Assembly: GCA_951406725.2 (NCBI GenBank)
Contig: OX597814.1
Location: 141,112,001-141,176,000, forward strand
Length of the DNA stretch: 64,000 nucleotides
DNA from: Octopus vulgaris
Taxonomy: Eukaryota
Reading direction: 5' to 3'
In this document: positions 1 through 11,438 of the stretch, in pieces
Layout of the letters: each line of letters starts with the position of its first letter
Numbering within the stretch: position 1 is the first letter of the stretch
The notes under the pieces: generated by a model
Databases searched by the model: none
What the model was told of the DNA's origin: nothing
What the model saw: only the letters and a program-made list of their open reading frames with translations
Translations under genes and position numbers: made by a program

Positions 1-270
1 AAGAAATAGGTATTTCGTCTGCCGTTACGTTCTGAATTCAAATTCCGCCGAGGTCGACTTTGCTTTTCATCCTTTCGGGGTCGATTAAATAAGTACCAGT
101 AACGCACTGGGGTCGATATAATCGACTTAATCCGTTTGTCTGTCCTTGTTTGTCCTCTCTGTGTTTAGCCCCTTGTGGGTAGTAAAGAAATAGGTATTTC
201 GTCTGTCCTTACGTTCAGAGATGAAATTCCTCCGAGGTCAACTTTGTCTTCCATCATTCCGGAGTCAATA
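1..270 (+). mobile_element. Tandem Meta-domain-like tRNA SINE units (family A, tail type A), running off the window start
   Basis: B-box-like GAATTCAAATTCC; central GACTTTGCTTTTCATCCTTTCGGGGTCGAT..AAGTACCAG; tail TTTGTCCTCTCTGTGTTTAGCCCCTTGTGGGTAGTAAAGAAATA, immediately followed by another unit starting GGTATTTCGTCTG. Confidence 0.85.
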
Positions 271-600
271 AAAATCTGAAATCGTTATAATAGGGCCGGA
301 ATCCCTGTAGGGCTATGACGACAGGGGAAGTGACACATCGTCAACATTTATTTTTACTGTAATAACTTCTTTTGGCGCAAAATAAATAAACTGACCTGGG
401 ATGGGAAATGAAAAGCAATTAATTTTATGTGTAAACATGTTTAGTCTTGTATTTATAAATACCTTGGAATTACTGCCGGTACAACAAACACACGTATATA
501 CTTCCTACCATTCACTCATGCATATGCACACACATACTTCTCTAAAAGCAGCCTATATTAAATGAGACGGAAGAAAAAGGGTTCGCGCCAGTGAACTTAA

Positions 601-809
601 CCCTTTGTCATTCAGATTATTCTGTCAAATGTTATATTTATTTATCTAGATTGCTTTGAATTAATCATGCATTATCTCATAGCTTGAAGATTTCAATGAT
701 GTGACTATTCATATTTTGAATGAAATTATAAGGTAGGTGTGAAAGGTCAGATCTGGCCTGTTTGAACATAAAACATGTAGGAAATTTGGCCGGTTTAAAT
801 GCTAAAGGG
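601..809 (+). mobile_element. piggyBac-type MITE
   Basis: TTAA at 597-600, then CCCTTTGTCATTCAGA ... TTTAAATGCTAAAGGG terminal inverted repeat; right TTAA mutated; homologous copy at 37932-38131 (-). Confidence 0.7.
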
Positions 810-1149
810 AATAGATGGATCTCCATCGTTTTCGACGATCAATTGAATTATTTGCTCATTGAATCAGCATGTTATTGGCTGAGTTTTCCACAGTCATATT
901 TATCCTTAACATAATTCTCATGCAAATTCAACGTGTTAGAGCGCGGTAAGACGGGGACCTTAAAATTACAAATACAATCAGTTCGGCAGGCTTCTACACA
1001 GCTTCTGTCCACTCAATTTCCCTTACAATGTCCAAGGTGCAACCCATAAGGGCCGAACCCGGGATGTCGGAACAGTGAAGCAAAGTCTACGTAGCCGTAA
1101 AGTATTTATAGTTTATCTACTACCATTCTTGGTGGACTTCTTTTACCAT

Positions 1150-1528
1150 GTACTTGTTTCAGACATTGAACTACGGCCATGATGGGGCTTCGACCTTGAA
1201 GGGTTTAATCGAGCAACTCAACTACAATAATGTTTATTTTAAAGTCTGGTATTTATTCTATCATCCACGTTTTGTCGAACCGCTGGGTTACAGTGATGTA
1301 AGCAAACCAACACCGGTGGTAAAGCGATGAGTGGGCGACACACACAAACAAAAGACACAGACAGACAGACAGACACACACACATGATGGGCTTTCACACA
1401 GTTTCTGTATACCAAATTCACTTACAAGGCATAGTAGAAGATTCGGGCCCACGGTGCCGTGCAGTGGAATAAAACCGGTATCATGTTGGTGGGAAGCAAA
1501 CTTCCTAACCATACAGCCATGTCTGCGC
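1150..1528 (-). mobile_element. CORE-like tRNA SINE (family B), diverged
   Basis: Same architecture as 11780-12168: tRNA-like head, internal CA/GACA repeat, 3' end CATGGCCGTAGTTCAATGTCTGAAACAAGTA on the minus strand. Confidence 0.8.
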
Positions 1529-1640
1529 ATGTTTAAAATCCAAGAAAAGATTATCACTTTTTGATTTGACAAAATAAAGTGGTATGGTTTAAAAACTATA
1601 TGGTAAGGTTGACAGCTTTACAAACCCTACTATATACACG

Positions 1641-1777
1641 TTCTTTGATTCTCATCTTCTTTGATTCCCATGTTCTTTTATTCCTATGATCTTTGATTCC
1701 CATGTTCTTTGATTCCCATGTTCTTTGATTCTCATGTTCTTCGGTTCCCATGTCTTTGATTCCCATGTTCTTTGATT
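1641..1777. repeat. 16-bp minisatellite (TTCTTTGATTCCCATG) x about 8.5
   Basis: Directly visible tandem units with few substitutions. Confidence 0.9.
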
Positions 1778-2325
1778 ATGGTTTAATTTTCTTACATGTT
1801 TCTGGATGTCTCGTATGCATAAGTGTCATCTGGATGGAAAGTCAGAAATTCATCTGTCGAGAATGAGCAATCACCACATATCTGTGTGTGTGTGTTTATC
1901 ATAGGAGCCGCCGAAAACGTTTTTCTTCAGGTAGTGCATGGAAGGAAATACGTGTTGATTTCTTATCTTCCACGTGAAAGGCCTGAGAGGAACACATCAC
2001 AGGAACTGAAGAAACACTCGCCAAGTATACAGTGTCCCCGCTGCTTCCAGCAATGATCTGTACCTATATAATTGGTATCAATTTATGGTGTTGTTAACTC
2101 GATCATTTACTAAGTCGAGTGTTCACTTACAAGTCACAGTTTATTATTGAGGTGGGGCGATCACTTGAATAAGATTTTGTTAAAAAATTCACGGAAGTTA
2201 TTAAAGCATGGCAAAGACATATCTTTAACTATGGAGAGCATCTGAAAAATTTACACTTCCTGCGTATTATTTACTCGCTGCAAAGGCTTTGTGACGTATA
2301 TTTTGTTTGTTATATGATCTCTGTA

Positions 2326-2375
<50 letters not shown>

Positions 2376-3137
2376 GTATATGTATGTGTGTATCATGTAA
2401 TGTATACGTATATACATGCATACATACATTACACACACACGCGCGCGCATATATATGAGATATGTTTCTGTTATGAATAATAATAATTCTGTTCTAGAAT
2501 TCAAACAAAAATAAGAATAAAGAGAGCAACAGAAACCACCTATTCATCAAACTACACCTTAGAAGTTTTGGGCACAGCGACTGTTCAACGATATCACGTA
2601 GAATAGTATGTTATAAACGAAATTGAATCGACAACTGTGTGTCATAATTGTCCAACCAATAATACTTCTCGGATCAAAGAGATAGTTGAAAAAGTATTGT
2701 GATTAACTTGGAAAGAAAAAATATATATGTTGACTTTGGCGAAATATTGACAATAAGTACAACACACAAATAATAGCAGAGGAAAATTAGGTGTGACAGT
2801 TTCAATAGTAAAGGAACTGGTGCAATATATAAAAGTGACTGTTGATTTAAATATAGGAAATTTACACTTGAAAAGCCATACAAAATGAATTATTCAGTGA
2901 CTGTTAAGAAAAACGATAAAAAATAGTTTCAAAAGAATCTTACAAAGAAACGAGGTGTGCTTTGCAAAGAAGAAAGAGGACAAGTCTGCTTTAATATACA
3001 AAAGTTACTATTTTGTTCCGTTTCTAAATGCATGTGGGCTGTAGAGAATTGTGATTCTAGAGCAGAAAATAAACAGCTGAAATGGTTGTAATCTTTTGTC
3101 ACTAATACAGAGTCGCCGATCATGGCCAGACCCCAAG

Positions 3138-3400
3138 TGAAGGCACGTAGCTTAGTGGTTAAGGTATTTGGCCCACGATCGTAGGGTTAAAAGTTCGATC
3201 CCCGGTGGTGTGTTGTGTCCTTGAACAAGATATTTTATTTCACGTTGCTCCAGTCCACTCAGCTGGCAAAAAGGAGTTGTACTTGGGATTCAAAGGGCCA
3301 GCCTTACTACATTCTGTATCATGCTGAATCTCCCTGAGAGCTACGTTATGGGTATACTTGCATGTTAATTTCACGAGCAGGCTGCTCCGTTGATCATACA
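3138..3400 (+). mobile_element. tRNA-derived SINE, family C (V/CORE-like)
   Basis: A box TAGCTTAGTGG, B box GTTCGATCCC, then TGTGTCCTTGAACAAGA..TTTCACGTTGCTCCAGTCCACTCAGCTGG; homologous copy at 24180-24472 (-). Confidence 0.75.
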
Positions 3401-4509
3401 ATAAAACTAAATATGTTTTCACATATAAAATTAATCGCTTTTTATTTCCGATCCCAGTGCTCACCAGATACTTATTTTATCGATCCAGAAAGGATCAAAG
3501 CAAAGTTATCCTTGACAGAATTTGAACCCAGAAAGTAAAGGGTCGATAAGTATTTTGTCCGACGTGCAAGCAAATCCGCTGGCCTGCAGCCTTGTAACGT
3601 TGTAATATTGAAGACTATTTCATTTGATTACTATTTCATTACATCGCTATATACAGACTGTCGTATTGGGATAAACAAGTTTCATGATATGACAGTGACA
3701 TACCTTTCTTCAGACACAAGGATGGTAAACAATCTTTCTTATTCTTGCATTTTATGTCAGTAATGAAAGTTGCTCAATCTAATTCACACTCAGTTGTTAT
3801 TGCTTAGCCCCAGGTTATCCCTGATCAAACATATTTATGATCAAGGTTGTTTCAGTGGTGACCATACAGTCTGTTTTTTTTTCCAGAGAGACATAGTGTT
3901 GGCAGATATAAGTAACTTTAGCGGAGCCCGCCGTGTAGCAAATATTCTTGTCGCGCCTCCGGTCTGAGGAAAACGTATTCCCTTCCGAACAACCAGTCTT
4001 GGAAGACCTGAAAAGTGCCACAAGAGTCCTTTCATTGACTCATCGTTAAAATGTGATTTGAGCTTTGAAGGATACTTGGCTGCTATTCCTAGCAGACCAA
4101 GTCGCCACTTTACCCAGTTCTGTTTTGTATGGAATCTATACTAAATGCTGTCTTTGTGCAGTGGAAAGCCGAAAGAATGGCGAAAACAATAGATGCTCGA
4201 CTTCCTTGATGCTCCTTACGGTCTAGGTTCAAATATCACCGAAGTTGAATTTGCATTTTATGCCTTCAGGATCTAATAAAATAATGTCCAGTCAAATAAT
4301 TACTAAAGGTCTGTTCAATTAAAGGTTTGTAGGCATAGCTTGATGCGTTGGCAGTAGAGAAATTTTGGAGTAATACAAAGGCTCCCTACAAATTCATAGT
4401 CACGGTGAATCCCCCGTGGAAAATTACCTCGTACTAAATAGATCACCTGTAATTTCATTTCCTCTAGTTTCACTGCGAGCCAATAATTCGTTGGTAAATT
4501 CATCGTCAG

Positions 4510-5400
4510 GCATATATATTTAGGATTAAACACTTGTGGGCTGAGGGCGCTGCTGTGCTCCGTCTCTGAATGCAGGTGTCGATGTTTTATCAAGCGGTGA
4601 ATCAGCTCTGTAAGGTATTTCGACTTCTTCCACATTTATACCAGAGCTGCTTAGAGCCGCCCAGGGCCGTTCATCGATGTAGGTGACAAAACTCCCGCAC
4701 AACAGCATGAACATTGTTGAGTCAGATGTTCTTTTCTTCTCTAGGCACAAAGCCTGAAATCTTTGGTGACGGGACCGGTCGATTAAATAGACCCCAGTAC
4801 AAAACTGGTTCTTAATTTATCGACACCGAAAGGATGAAAGGCAAAGTCGACCTCGGCAGAATTTGGACTCAGAACGTAAAGAAAGACCGCTAAGCATTTC
4901 GCCCGGCGTGCTAACGTTTCTTATTTCTTTATTGCTCACAAGGGGCTAAGCATAGAGGGGACAAATAAGACAGGCAAAGGGATTAAGTCGATTACATCGA
5001 CCCCAGTGCACAATTGGTACTTTATTTATCGACCCCGAAAGGATGAAGGGCAAAGTCGACCTCGGCGGAATTTAAACTCAGAACGTAATGGCGGACGAAA
5101 TACCGCTATGCATTTCACCCGGCGTGCTAATGTTTCTGCCGGCTCGCCGCCTTCTTGTTGAGTCAGATGTTGCTACTCTGGTCCGGAGGTTTATATCATC
5201 ACCAAATCTCGTTCTGGCTGCACCACTCGCCCTCTCTCTTGAACCTGATAAAGTAGCTCGCTTTCTCATACGGCTTCCGACAATTTGTTTCCAATATCTT
5301 TTGCTTCCTTCGCAGCGAGCCGAAGACTCCTGAGCATCGAGCAAACGTTTGACGAATGCATGAAAATGAAGAAAGGCGAATGCTATCTTTATTATTCATT
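4510..5400 (-). mobile_element. 3' end of a HERO-like RLE non-LTR retrotransposon (C-terminus plus 3' UTR), split by a SINE insertion
   Basis: Minus-strand peptide CSGVFGSLRRKQKILETNCRKPYEKASYFIRFKREGEW resembles the HERO-clade C-terminal pattern LG..G..RR.AI....EAAEKAS.W.WL.R...W; a GC-richer 3' UTR follows. Confidence 0.5.
4731..5154 (-). mobile_element. Dimeric family A SINE with 17-bp target-site duplication
   Basis: TTGTTGAGTCAGATGTT at 4714-4730 and 5155-5171; two SINE monomers inside (about 5152-4921 with tail A, about 4920-4731 with tail B). Confidence 0.9.
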
Positions 5401-5488
5401 CTTTTCGTTTTTTAAAACTCACGGACGTTTTTCCAGATACTGAAAAACTAAATTTATGTATTTTATCTGGCAGTTTAAAAGTTTATAA

Positions 5489-6760
5489 TGATTCTCCAAT
5501 ATCTTATAAGAGAACGAACTAAGAGAGAAAAATGATTGATTGTGGTCATTTGTTTGTCAGAGAAAGGAAAAATGTTGAGCGCGTTAGTTGGAAATGTGTC
5601 CAATGTTATAACATCGTTGTCTCACAAGAATTCACACGAAGAAAGATTGCATTACCGAACACCTGAGAAAATATGAACATACAGGCAATATTACTCGTGT
5701 TGAAACTGCCAAACTATTAATTTAACAACTAAATAAACACTTGCAACTCCGGAAACACATCGTTGCATCACGTGCTTGCATCGGATTGTTAGATGCAGTA
5801 ATAAGCTAACGCTTGCTCTCATAAGAAATATGCATCTGAAATACTCAAAATTAAACATTAACCTAGAAAATATATTCCAGCGTAGAATATCGCTGGAATA
5901 AAAGAACTGTGCATTCAAGTCAGCTTTTTCTTCTATTCGAGAGTGATAATAGGCCAGGTGAAATTATTTTATTTTAGATTTGAAGAAATTTTCAGCTGTT
6001 ACCAAATGCAAAATTTTGGTTTCACTTTTATTAATCCTGTATTAGAGCATTATGAATGCTGGAGAATTTTTCCCGTGATGTAATGGCTAGAACTGCAAAA
6101 AGTTACAAGAAGCTTTTCTCATAAGGGAAATCCTTAAACATACTACCTAACATAATGAGCGATTACGCGTTAATGCTTTCAAAACAGTTTTTGATCAAAT
6201 TCAACTGATAAAACGTTTTTTATATTTTTCCCAATACATATTTTAATTTCAAAATTTGGCACAAGGCCAGCATTCTTAGGGAGAGGCAAAGTACTCAACT
6301 GGTATTTCTTTTATCGATGCTGGAAGGAGGAAAAACAAACTAGATCTCGTCGAAATATGAACTCAGAGCGTAAAGAGCTTGAAGAAGTGCCACTACGCAT
6401 TTTGTGCGGCACACCTACATTGGACAAAATGCTTAGCATCTTTTCTCAGTAGATATTTTGATCTATTAAAAAAAATTGTGTGTAACAGTTATCAGAAAAT
6501 GATGCAAAATTTGTGTTGAAGATGATTGCAGTGATGCCAATCTCAAATACATTCCGTTCTTTCGAAAATTTATGCTACAATAATGGGTTTACCGAAGAAG
6601 CTCTGTCAAAAACTATGCGATTGGATTTCCACTACGTCGCCTCTTATATCGACTTCCTTGCTTTGATCATACACTTTGAAATTGCCTTGATGGTGCCAAG
6701 TTAAACAATTCCCATGAAGACTTCATTGATTACTTAGCAGATTGATCGAAGTATTTTAAT
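5489..6760 (+). pseudogene. Degraded FLYWCH-MULE (Mutator-like) transposase, interrupted by a family A SINE at about 6245-6420
   Basis: GHLFVRERKNVERVSWKCVQCY..RCLTRIHTKKDCITEHLRKYEH (FLYWCH pattern, frameshifted); downstream LKMIAVMPISNTFRSFENLCYNNGFTEEA..IGFPLRR and DFIDYLA resemble the MULE C-terminal half. Confidence 0.6.
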
Positions 6761-7043
6761 CTCTGTATTGAAAATTTTTAGAGACCTAGTTAACAGAATA
6801 ATTATAAAACGATAGTATATATTTGGTGCAGAAATTCTACACTTTGAAAAAAAAAAAAATTAGCGCTGTGAGAATTTCACGTACTGCCAATAAATGTCAG
6901 AATCCCGATTTATTGGATTACTTAGGAGTTTTTTTCTCAGAAACAACAAAATATCTTCAATGAATTAAAACTCACAATTTTGAGTTAATAACTCTGGTCA
7001 ATCGAGAATATGGCTTCTAAGAACAAGCGCTAATATATATTAA

Positions 7044-7330
7044 CTAGCTTAAGGTGACCCACTCTACGCGCGGGCGAGGGTGTGGTTGTTACTTTCTGTT
7101 GCTTCCTTTCTGTTTTTTATCACCACACTCTCCCTCTTTGTTTCTCTCTCCTTTCTCTCTCACTTTCCCACTCTCTTTCTCTCGGACTCTCCCTCGCTTT
7201 CACTTACTCTCTATCTTTCTCTATATGTCTCTCTCCCATTTATAAAAAAATTAGATTTCAGCGATTAAATTACTTAAGCACTTCCACTTTACCATGTTGA
7301 AAATAAGATTGAAATCGGACAAAAGATGTT
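7044..7330 (-). mobile_element. 3' part of a non-autonomous Helitron (same family as 40841-41860)
   Basis: Reverse complement of 41620-41860, including the subterminal hairpin and CTAG|T end. Confidence 0.8.
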
Positions 7331-7441
7331 CAATCTTAAAATAACTTAGCGGTTCGCTTACGATCCTGCCAGCTCGTCACCTTAAGTTGCACTAATATTT
7401 ATAATAAATACATTTCGACTGGTTTTCTATGCTTTCTACAG

Positions 7442-7647
7442 TTTTAATTATTAGTGTAATACGGATTTTCATATTGGCGTTAATAATGTCATTTACTAAA
7501 GAGAAGAAAGAGAATGTCAATAAAGTTGACCTCAGAATATCATCAGTAGTGACAGAAAGCGAACTCTTTAATAAAAGAAGAGTGGAAACAGCTAATTGTT
7601 TCTTGAATAGAACACAAGCCTTTGGTGACGACATGAACACAGCTTAA
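7442..7647 (+). CDS. Candidate terminal exon (hydrophobic stretch plus charged tail); unverified
   Basis: Acceptor-like TTTTCTATGCTTTCTACAG at 7423-7441 (phase 1), then open frame LIISVIRIFILALIMSFTKEKKENVNKVD...DMNTA*; no recognisable homology. Confidence 0.2.
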
Positions 7648-8241
7648 ACTAAACAAAAAAGGAACGTTGTGTCAGCTTTCTTTCGCTTCCTCTTCTCTTT
7701 CTTTCGAAAACTGGAATGTTTTTTTCTCTTCTTTGTTTTCCTCACCAATGAGAGAGTTAATTAATGTTCAATTAAGTATTTCAGGTGTTCTCTGATGAAA
7801 AATATTTAAAAAGTATTTAAGAAATAGCAATTTACGAAAATCAAGCGTAAATGTTTCAAACTACATTTAATTTCTTAATTAAACTCAGAAGTCAACTTTT
7901 GTTTTGATGGGCGTGAAGTATAATTGATTTAAGAGACTCCAGTATATAATTGCTATTTATCTTATCGTATCGTAAAACATGACAGACAAAGTCGTTTCTG
8001 TTGGGATTTTAACTTAACCGCTGCAGGATGAAACATGTAATTTATTTAGCATAACTCACTTTTATGTAAACGACTCCAGCGACTCCTTACTGTTTCAAAT
8101 ACTGTTTAAAACCACATCGAGGTAATTCTGCAGCTATAAAGTTTGTGAAAAGAAATGACAGTTCTTATCTATGATATTTTGTTTAACTTTAAGTTTTGTA
8201 TATAAGGTCGGTATAGTTGACTGCATGATTGTAAATATGTT

Positions 8242-8296
<55 letters not shown>

Positions 8297-8539
8297 CACA
8301 CACAACAATTTTCCATAGAATTTCCGACTACCAAACTTTACTCACAAAGTATTGATTGATCCAAGGTTATAGTAGAAGACACGTGCCCAAGGTGTCACGC
8401 AATGTGCTCGAACCCACAGCCACGTGATTACGAGTTAACTTTCTTAACCTCTTAACAGTGCCTATACACCCCTCAGACACACATAAACATACATACATTT
8501 TTGTCTGTCTATCTATCTATCTATCTATCTATCTGAACC

Positions 8540-8920
8540 GTAAAAATTAATACAGAGAGTTGCTTATTTGCAAAAAAAAAAGAAATATAACATGTGACTT
8601 CATTGACCGAGGTTACCGTGGTCTTTTCCGTAGGCTTTTCTTTCCACGGGTAAACCTCACCTGTCCTCCCCTTTACACTTCATATTGACATTTCTGTGAT
8701 AACGATCCCTATTGATCAAATTATTTTCCTTTCCCTCCCCCCCCCCCTTTTTTTTATTTAAAATTTTATTTTATCCCCCCTTTTTTTTGTCCTCTTTCTT
8801 TCCATTTACGATCCCTTTTGATCGAAAACCAAACCCCCTTCTTTTACCCCCAAAAGAAAAGCTCTATCTTGTAATTTTGTCCTGTCTGTGTGCAGCCCTG
8901 TGTGGCTAATAAAGAAACAT
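8540..8920 (+). mobile_element. 3' UTR fragment of a LINE (putatively L1/Tx1-like) inside a (TATC)n array
   Basis: Pyrimidine-rich UTR-like tract ending CAGCCCTGTGTGGCTAATAAAGAAAC, with (TATC)n on both sides; clade assignment is inference. Confidence 0.45.
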
Positions 8921-8949
8921 ATCTATCTATCTATCTATCTGTCTATCTT

Positions 8950-9345
8950 TTATCTTTTACTTGTTTCAGTCATTAGACTGCGGCCATGCTGGGGCACCGC
9001 CTTGAAGAATTTTTAGTCGAATGTATCTATCCCAATACTTATATTCGTTAAAGTCTGGTATTTATTCTATCAGTCTCTTTGCCGATCCACTAGGTTAGAG
9101 GGACATAAACACACCAGCACCGATTGCCAAGCAGTGGTGGGGGACAAACACAGATGGAAAGACATACACACAGATGTATATACACATATAACGACATGTT
9201 TTTTCAGTTTCCGTCTATCAAATCCACTCACAAGTTTTTAGTCTACCCGAGGCTATAATAGAAGACACTTGGCCTAGGTGCCACGCAGTGAGACTGAACC
9301 ATGTGGCTAGGAAGCAAGCGTCTTATCACTCAGCTATGCCTGCAC
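8950..9345 (-). mobile_element. Family B CORE-like SINE
   Basis: TTTTACTTGTTTCAGTCATTAGACTGCGGCCATGCTGG ... GAAGACACTTGGCCTAGGTGCCACGCAGTGAGACTGAACC. Confidence 0.85.
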
Positions 9346-9540
9346 TATGTACATATATCGTATTGTGCTTGGTAAATAACATCAAAGATATCGAGAACTG
9401 CGCGACTTCCGATACAAACATGTACGAGATTAATGTAGATTTATGTAGTTGTACTTATAAAGCATTGCGAGCTAACATGTAACGAAGGCCTACCATTGAT
9501 TTTGCGGTCTCAGTTTCCAGGTTTTGCTTAAATCTACACC

Positions 9541-10123
9541 TTTTACTTGTTTCAGTCACTGGACTGCGGCCATGCTGGGGCACCACCTTGAATGGTGTAG
9601 TCGAACAATTCGACCCAAGTGCTTAGTTCTTTAAAGTCTGACGCTTATTCTATGAGTCTCTTCTACCTATTTCTTTGCTACCCACAAGGGGCTAAACACA
9701 GAGAGGACAAACAAGGACAGACAAACGGATTAAATCGATTATATCGACCCCAGTGCGTAACTGGTACTTATTTAATCATCCCCGAAAGGATGAAAGGCAA
9801 AGTCGAACTCAGAACGTAGCGGCAGACGAAATACCGCTAAACATTTCGCCCGGCGTGCTATCTTTTCTGCCAGCTCGCCGCCTTTTAAACAGACCAATAC
9901 CACTCATCAAGCGATGGTGGGGAACAAGCACAAACACTAATACATAGAAACGTATATCTAAAACGGTCTTCTTTTCAGTTTCCGTCTACCAAGTCCACTC
10001 ACAAGGCTCTAGTCGGCTAGAAGCTATAGTAGAAGACACTACGTTAGGTGCTACGCAGTGAAACTGAACTTGGAATCATGTGGTTAGGAAGCAAACTTGT
10101 TACCACTGGGCCATGTTTGCGCC
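9541..10123 (-). mobile_element. Family B SINE with a nested family A (tail A) SINE at about 9665-9882 (-)
   Basis: Family B 3' part 9541-9660 and 5' part 9885-10123 flank a family A unit ending ..CCAGCTCGCCGCC. Confidence 0.85.
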
Positions 10124-10241
10124 TATGATATAAAAGTGATATTAAGATTTCAAGAATAAGCTTTGGGCTGTAGTATTAAATAGAAAATTCTTGGAAGTTT
10201 CAGTCCCTACAAAATTGGAAGTAAAAGACGTAATTTGCGCA

Positions 10242-10797
10242 CAACAGAGGAGATGTGACGCCTCAAAAACTTTCACATGTTAAACTTCTAATTAAACAAC
10301 AGACCAAAGAAAACTGGGAAATTCAGGAATTTTGAAAAATACCCAGTACGCTATTGGGAAATACCATTTTCATTTGACTAGAATTACACTGATATTGCTT
10401 CGCCTAAGCCCTTTTTGTTCTCTACCAACAGAGGAGATGTAACGCCTCAAAAACTTTCACATGTTAAACTTCTAATTAAAAAACAGAACAAAGAAAACTT
10501 GGAAATTCAGAAATTTTGAAAAATACCCAGTACGCTATTGGGAAATACCATTTTCATTTGACTAGAATTACACTGATATTGCTTCGCCTAAGCCCTTTTT
10601 GTTCTCTACCAACAGAGGAGATGTAACGCCTCAAAAACTTTCACATGTTAAACTTCTAATTAAACAACAGAACAAAGAAAACTTGGAAATTCAGGAATTT
10701 TGAAAAATACCCAGTACGCTATTGGGAAATACCATTTTCATTTGACTAGAATTACACTGATATTGCTTCGCTTAAGCCCTTTTTGTTCTCTACCAAC
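10242..10797. repeat. 184-bp tandem repeat x3, near-identical
   Basis: CAACAGAGGAGATGT starts at 10242, 10426 and 10610. Confidence 0.95.
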
Positions 10798-10808
10798 TTC
10801 TTTTCTAC

Positions 10809-11185
10809 TAACCATTTCATTGTATATTTCAATTTTTTTCATAACCCATATTCCCTTTCTCAATGCGAGAGGTTTATTTCGCTTATCGATAGTTAACAAT
10901 TTGCCAACCCCACAACTTCAAGCATTCTCCCTACGTCAATGATTTTGAGACTCTGAAACCAATGATTCACGATCCAATAAGTTGATATCTTTCTATATTT
11001 ATACGATTATTAACGTATGTGTGTGTGTATGTATATTTCAGAGTCTCAAAATCATTGGCGTAGGGAGAATGCTTGAAGTTGTGGGGTTGGCAAATTGTTA
11101 ACTATCGATAAGCGAAATAAACCTCTCGCACTGAGAAAGGGAATATGGGTTATGAAAAAAATTGAAATATACAATGAAATGGTTA
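10809..11185. repeat. 150-bp inverted repeat (arms 10809-10958 and 11036-11185, 2 mismatches)
   Basis: Manual reverse-complement comparison; abuts (TA)n at 11186-11349. Confidence 0.95.
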
Positions 11186-11212
11186 TATATGTGTATATAT
11201 ATATATATATAT

Positions 11213-11351
<139 letters not shown>

Positions 11352-11374
11352 GAAGTTAATTATCTGACCAGTCG

Positions 11375-11438
11375 TAAAGTGACCAATGGTTTCACATCCA
11401 CAAAGCGCTTAGACTTATAGACGATTCGTCAAACTCCA
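11375..11438 (-). ncRNA. Type I hammerhead ribozyme fold, PLE-type, C3U core variant
   Basis: Minus strand: TGGAGT-TTGACGA-A(T)CGTCTATAAG..TTTGTGGATGT-GAAA-CCATTG-GTC-ACTTTA; stem III ACCATTGGT, GUC cleavage triplet. Confidence 0.6.

Noticed and set aside
1641-1777. Regular short repeats as a possible CRISPR array (also the 184-bp units at 10242)
   Set aside because: Contiguous units with no unique spacers, no cas genes, eukaryotic context.
1850-2060. Minus-strand ISFHALPEEK resembling a THAP domain
   Set aside because: The other THAP Cys/Trp/His residues are not convincingly present.
3138-3215. tRNA-like A/B boxes (here and in all SINE heads)
   Set aside because: No full cloverleaf; the sequence continues into a SINE body.
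3955-4005. CTGAGGA...GAAC..GTC hammerhead-like string
   Set aside because: No GAAA and no credible stems I-III.
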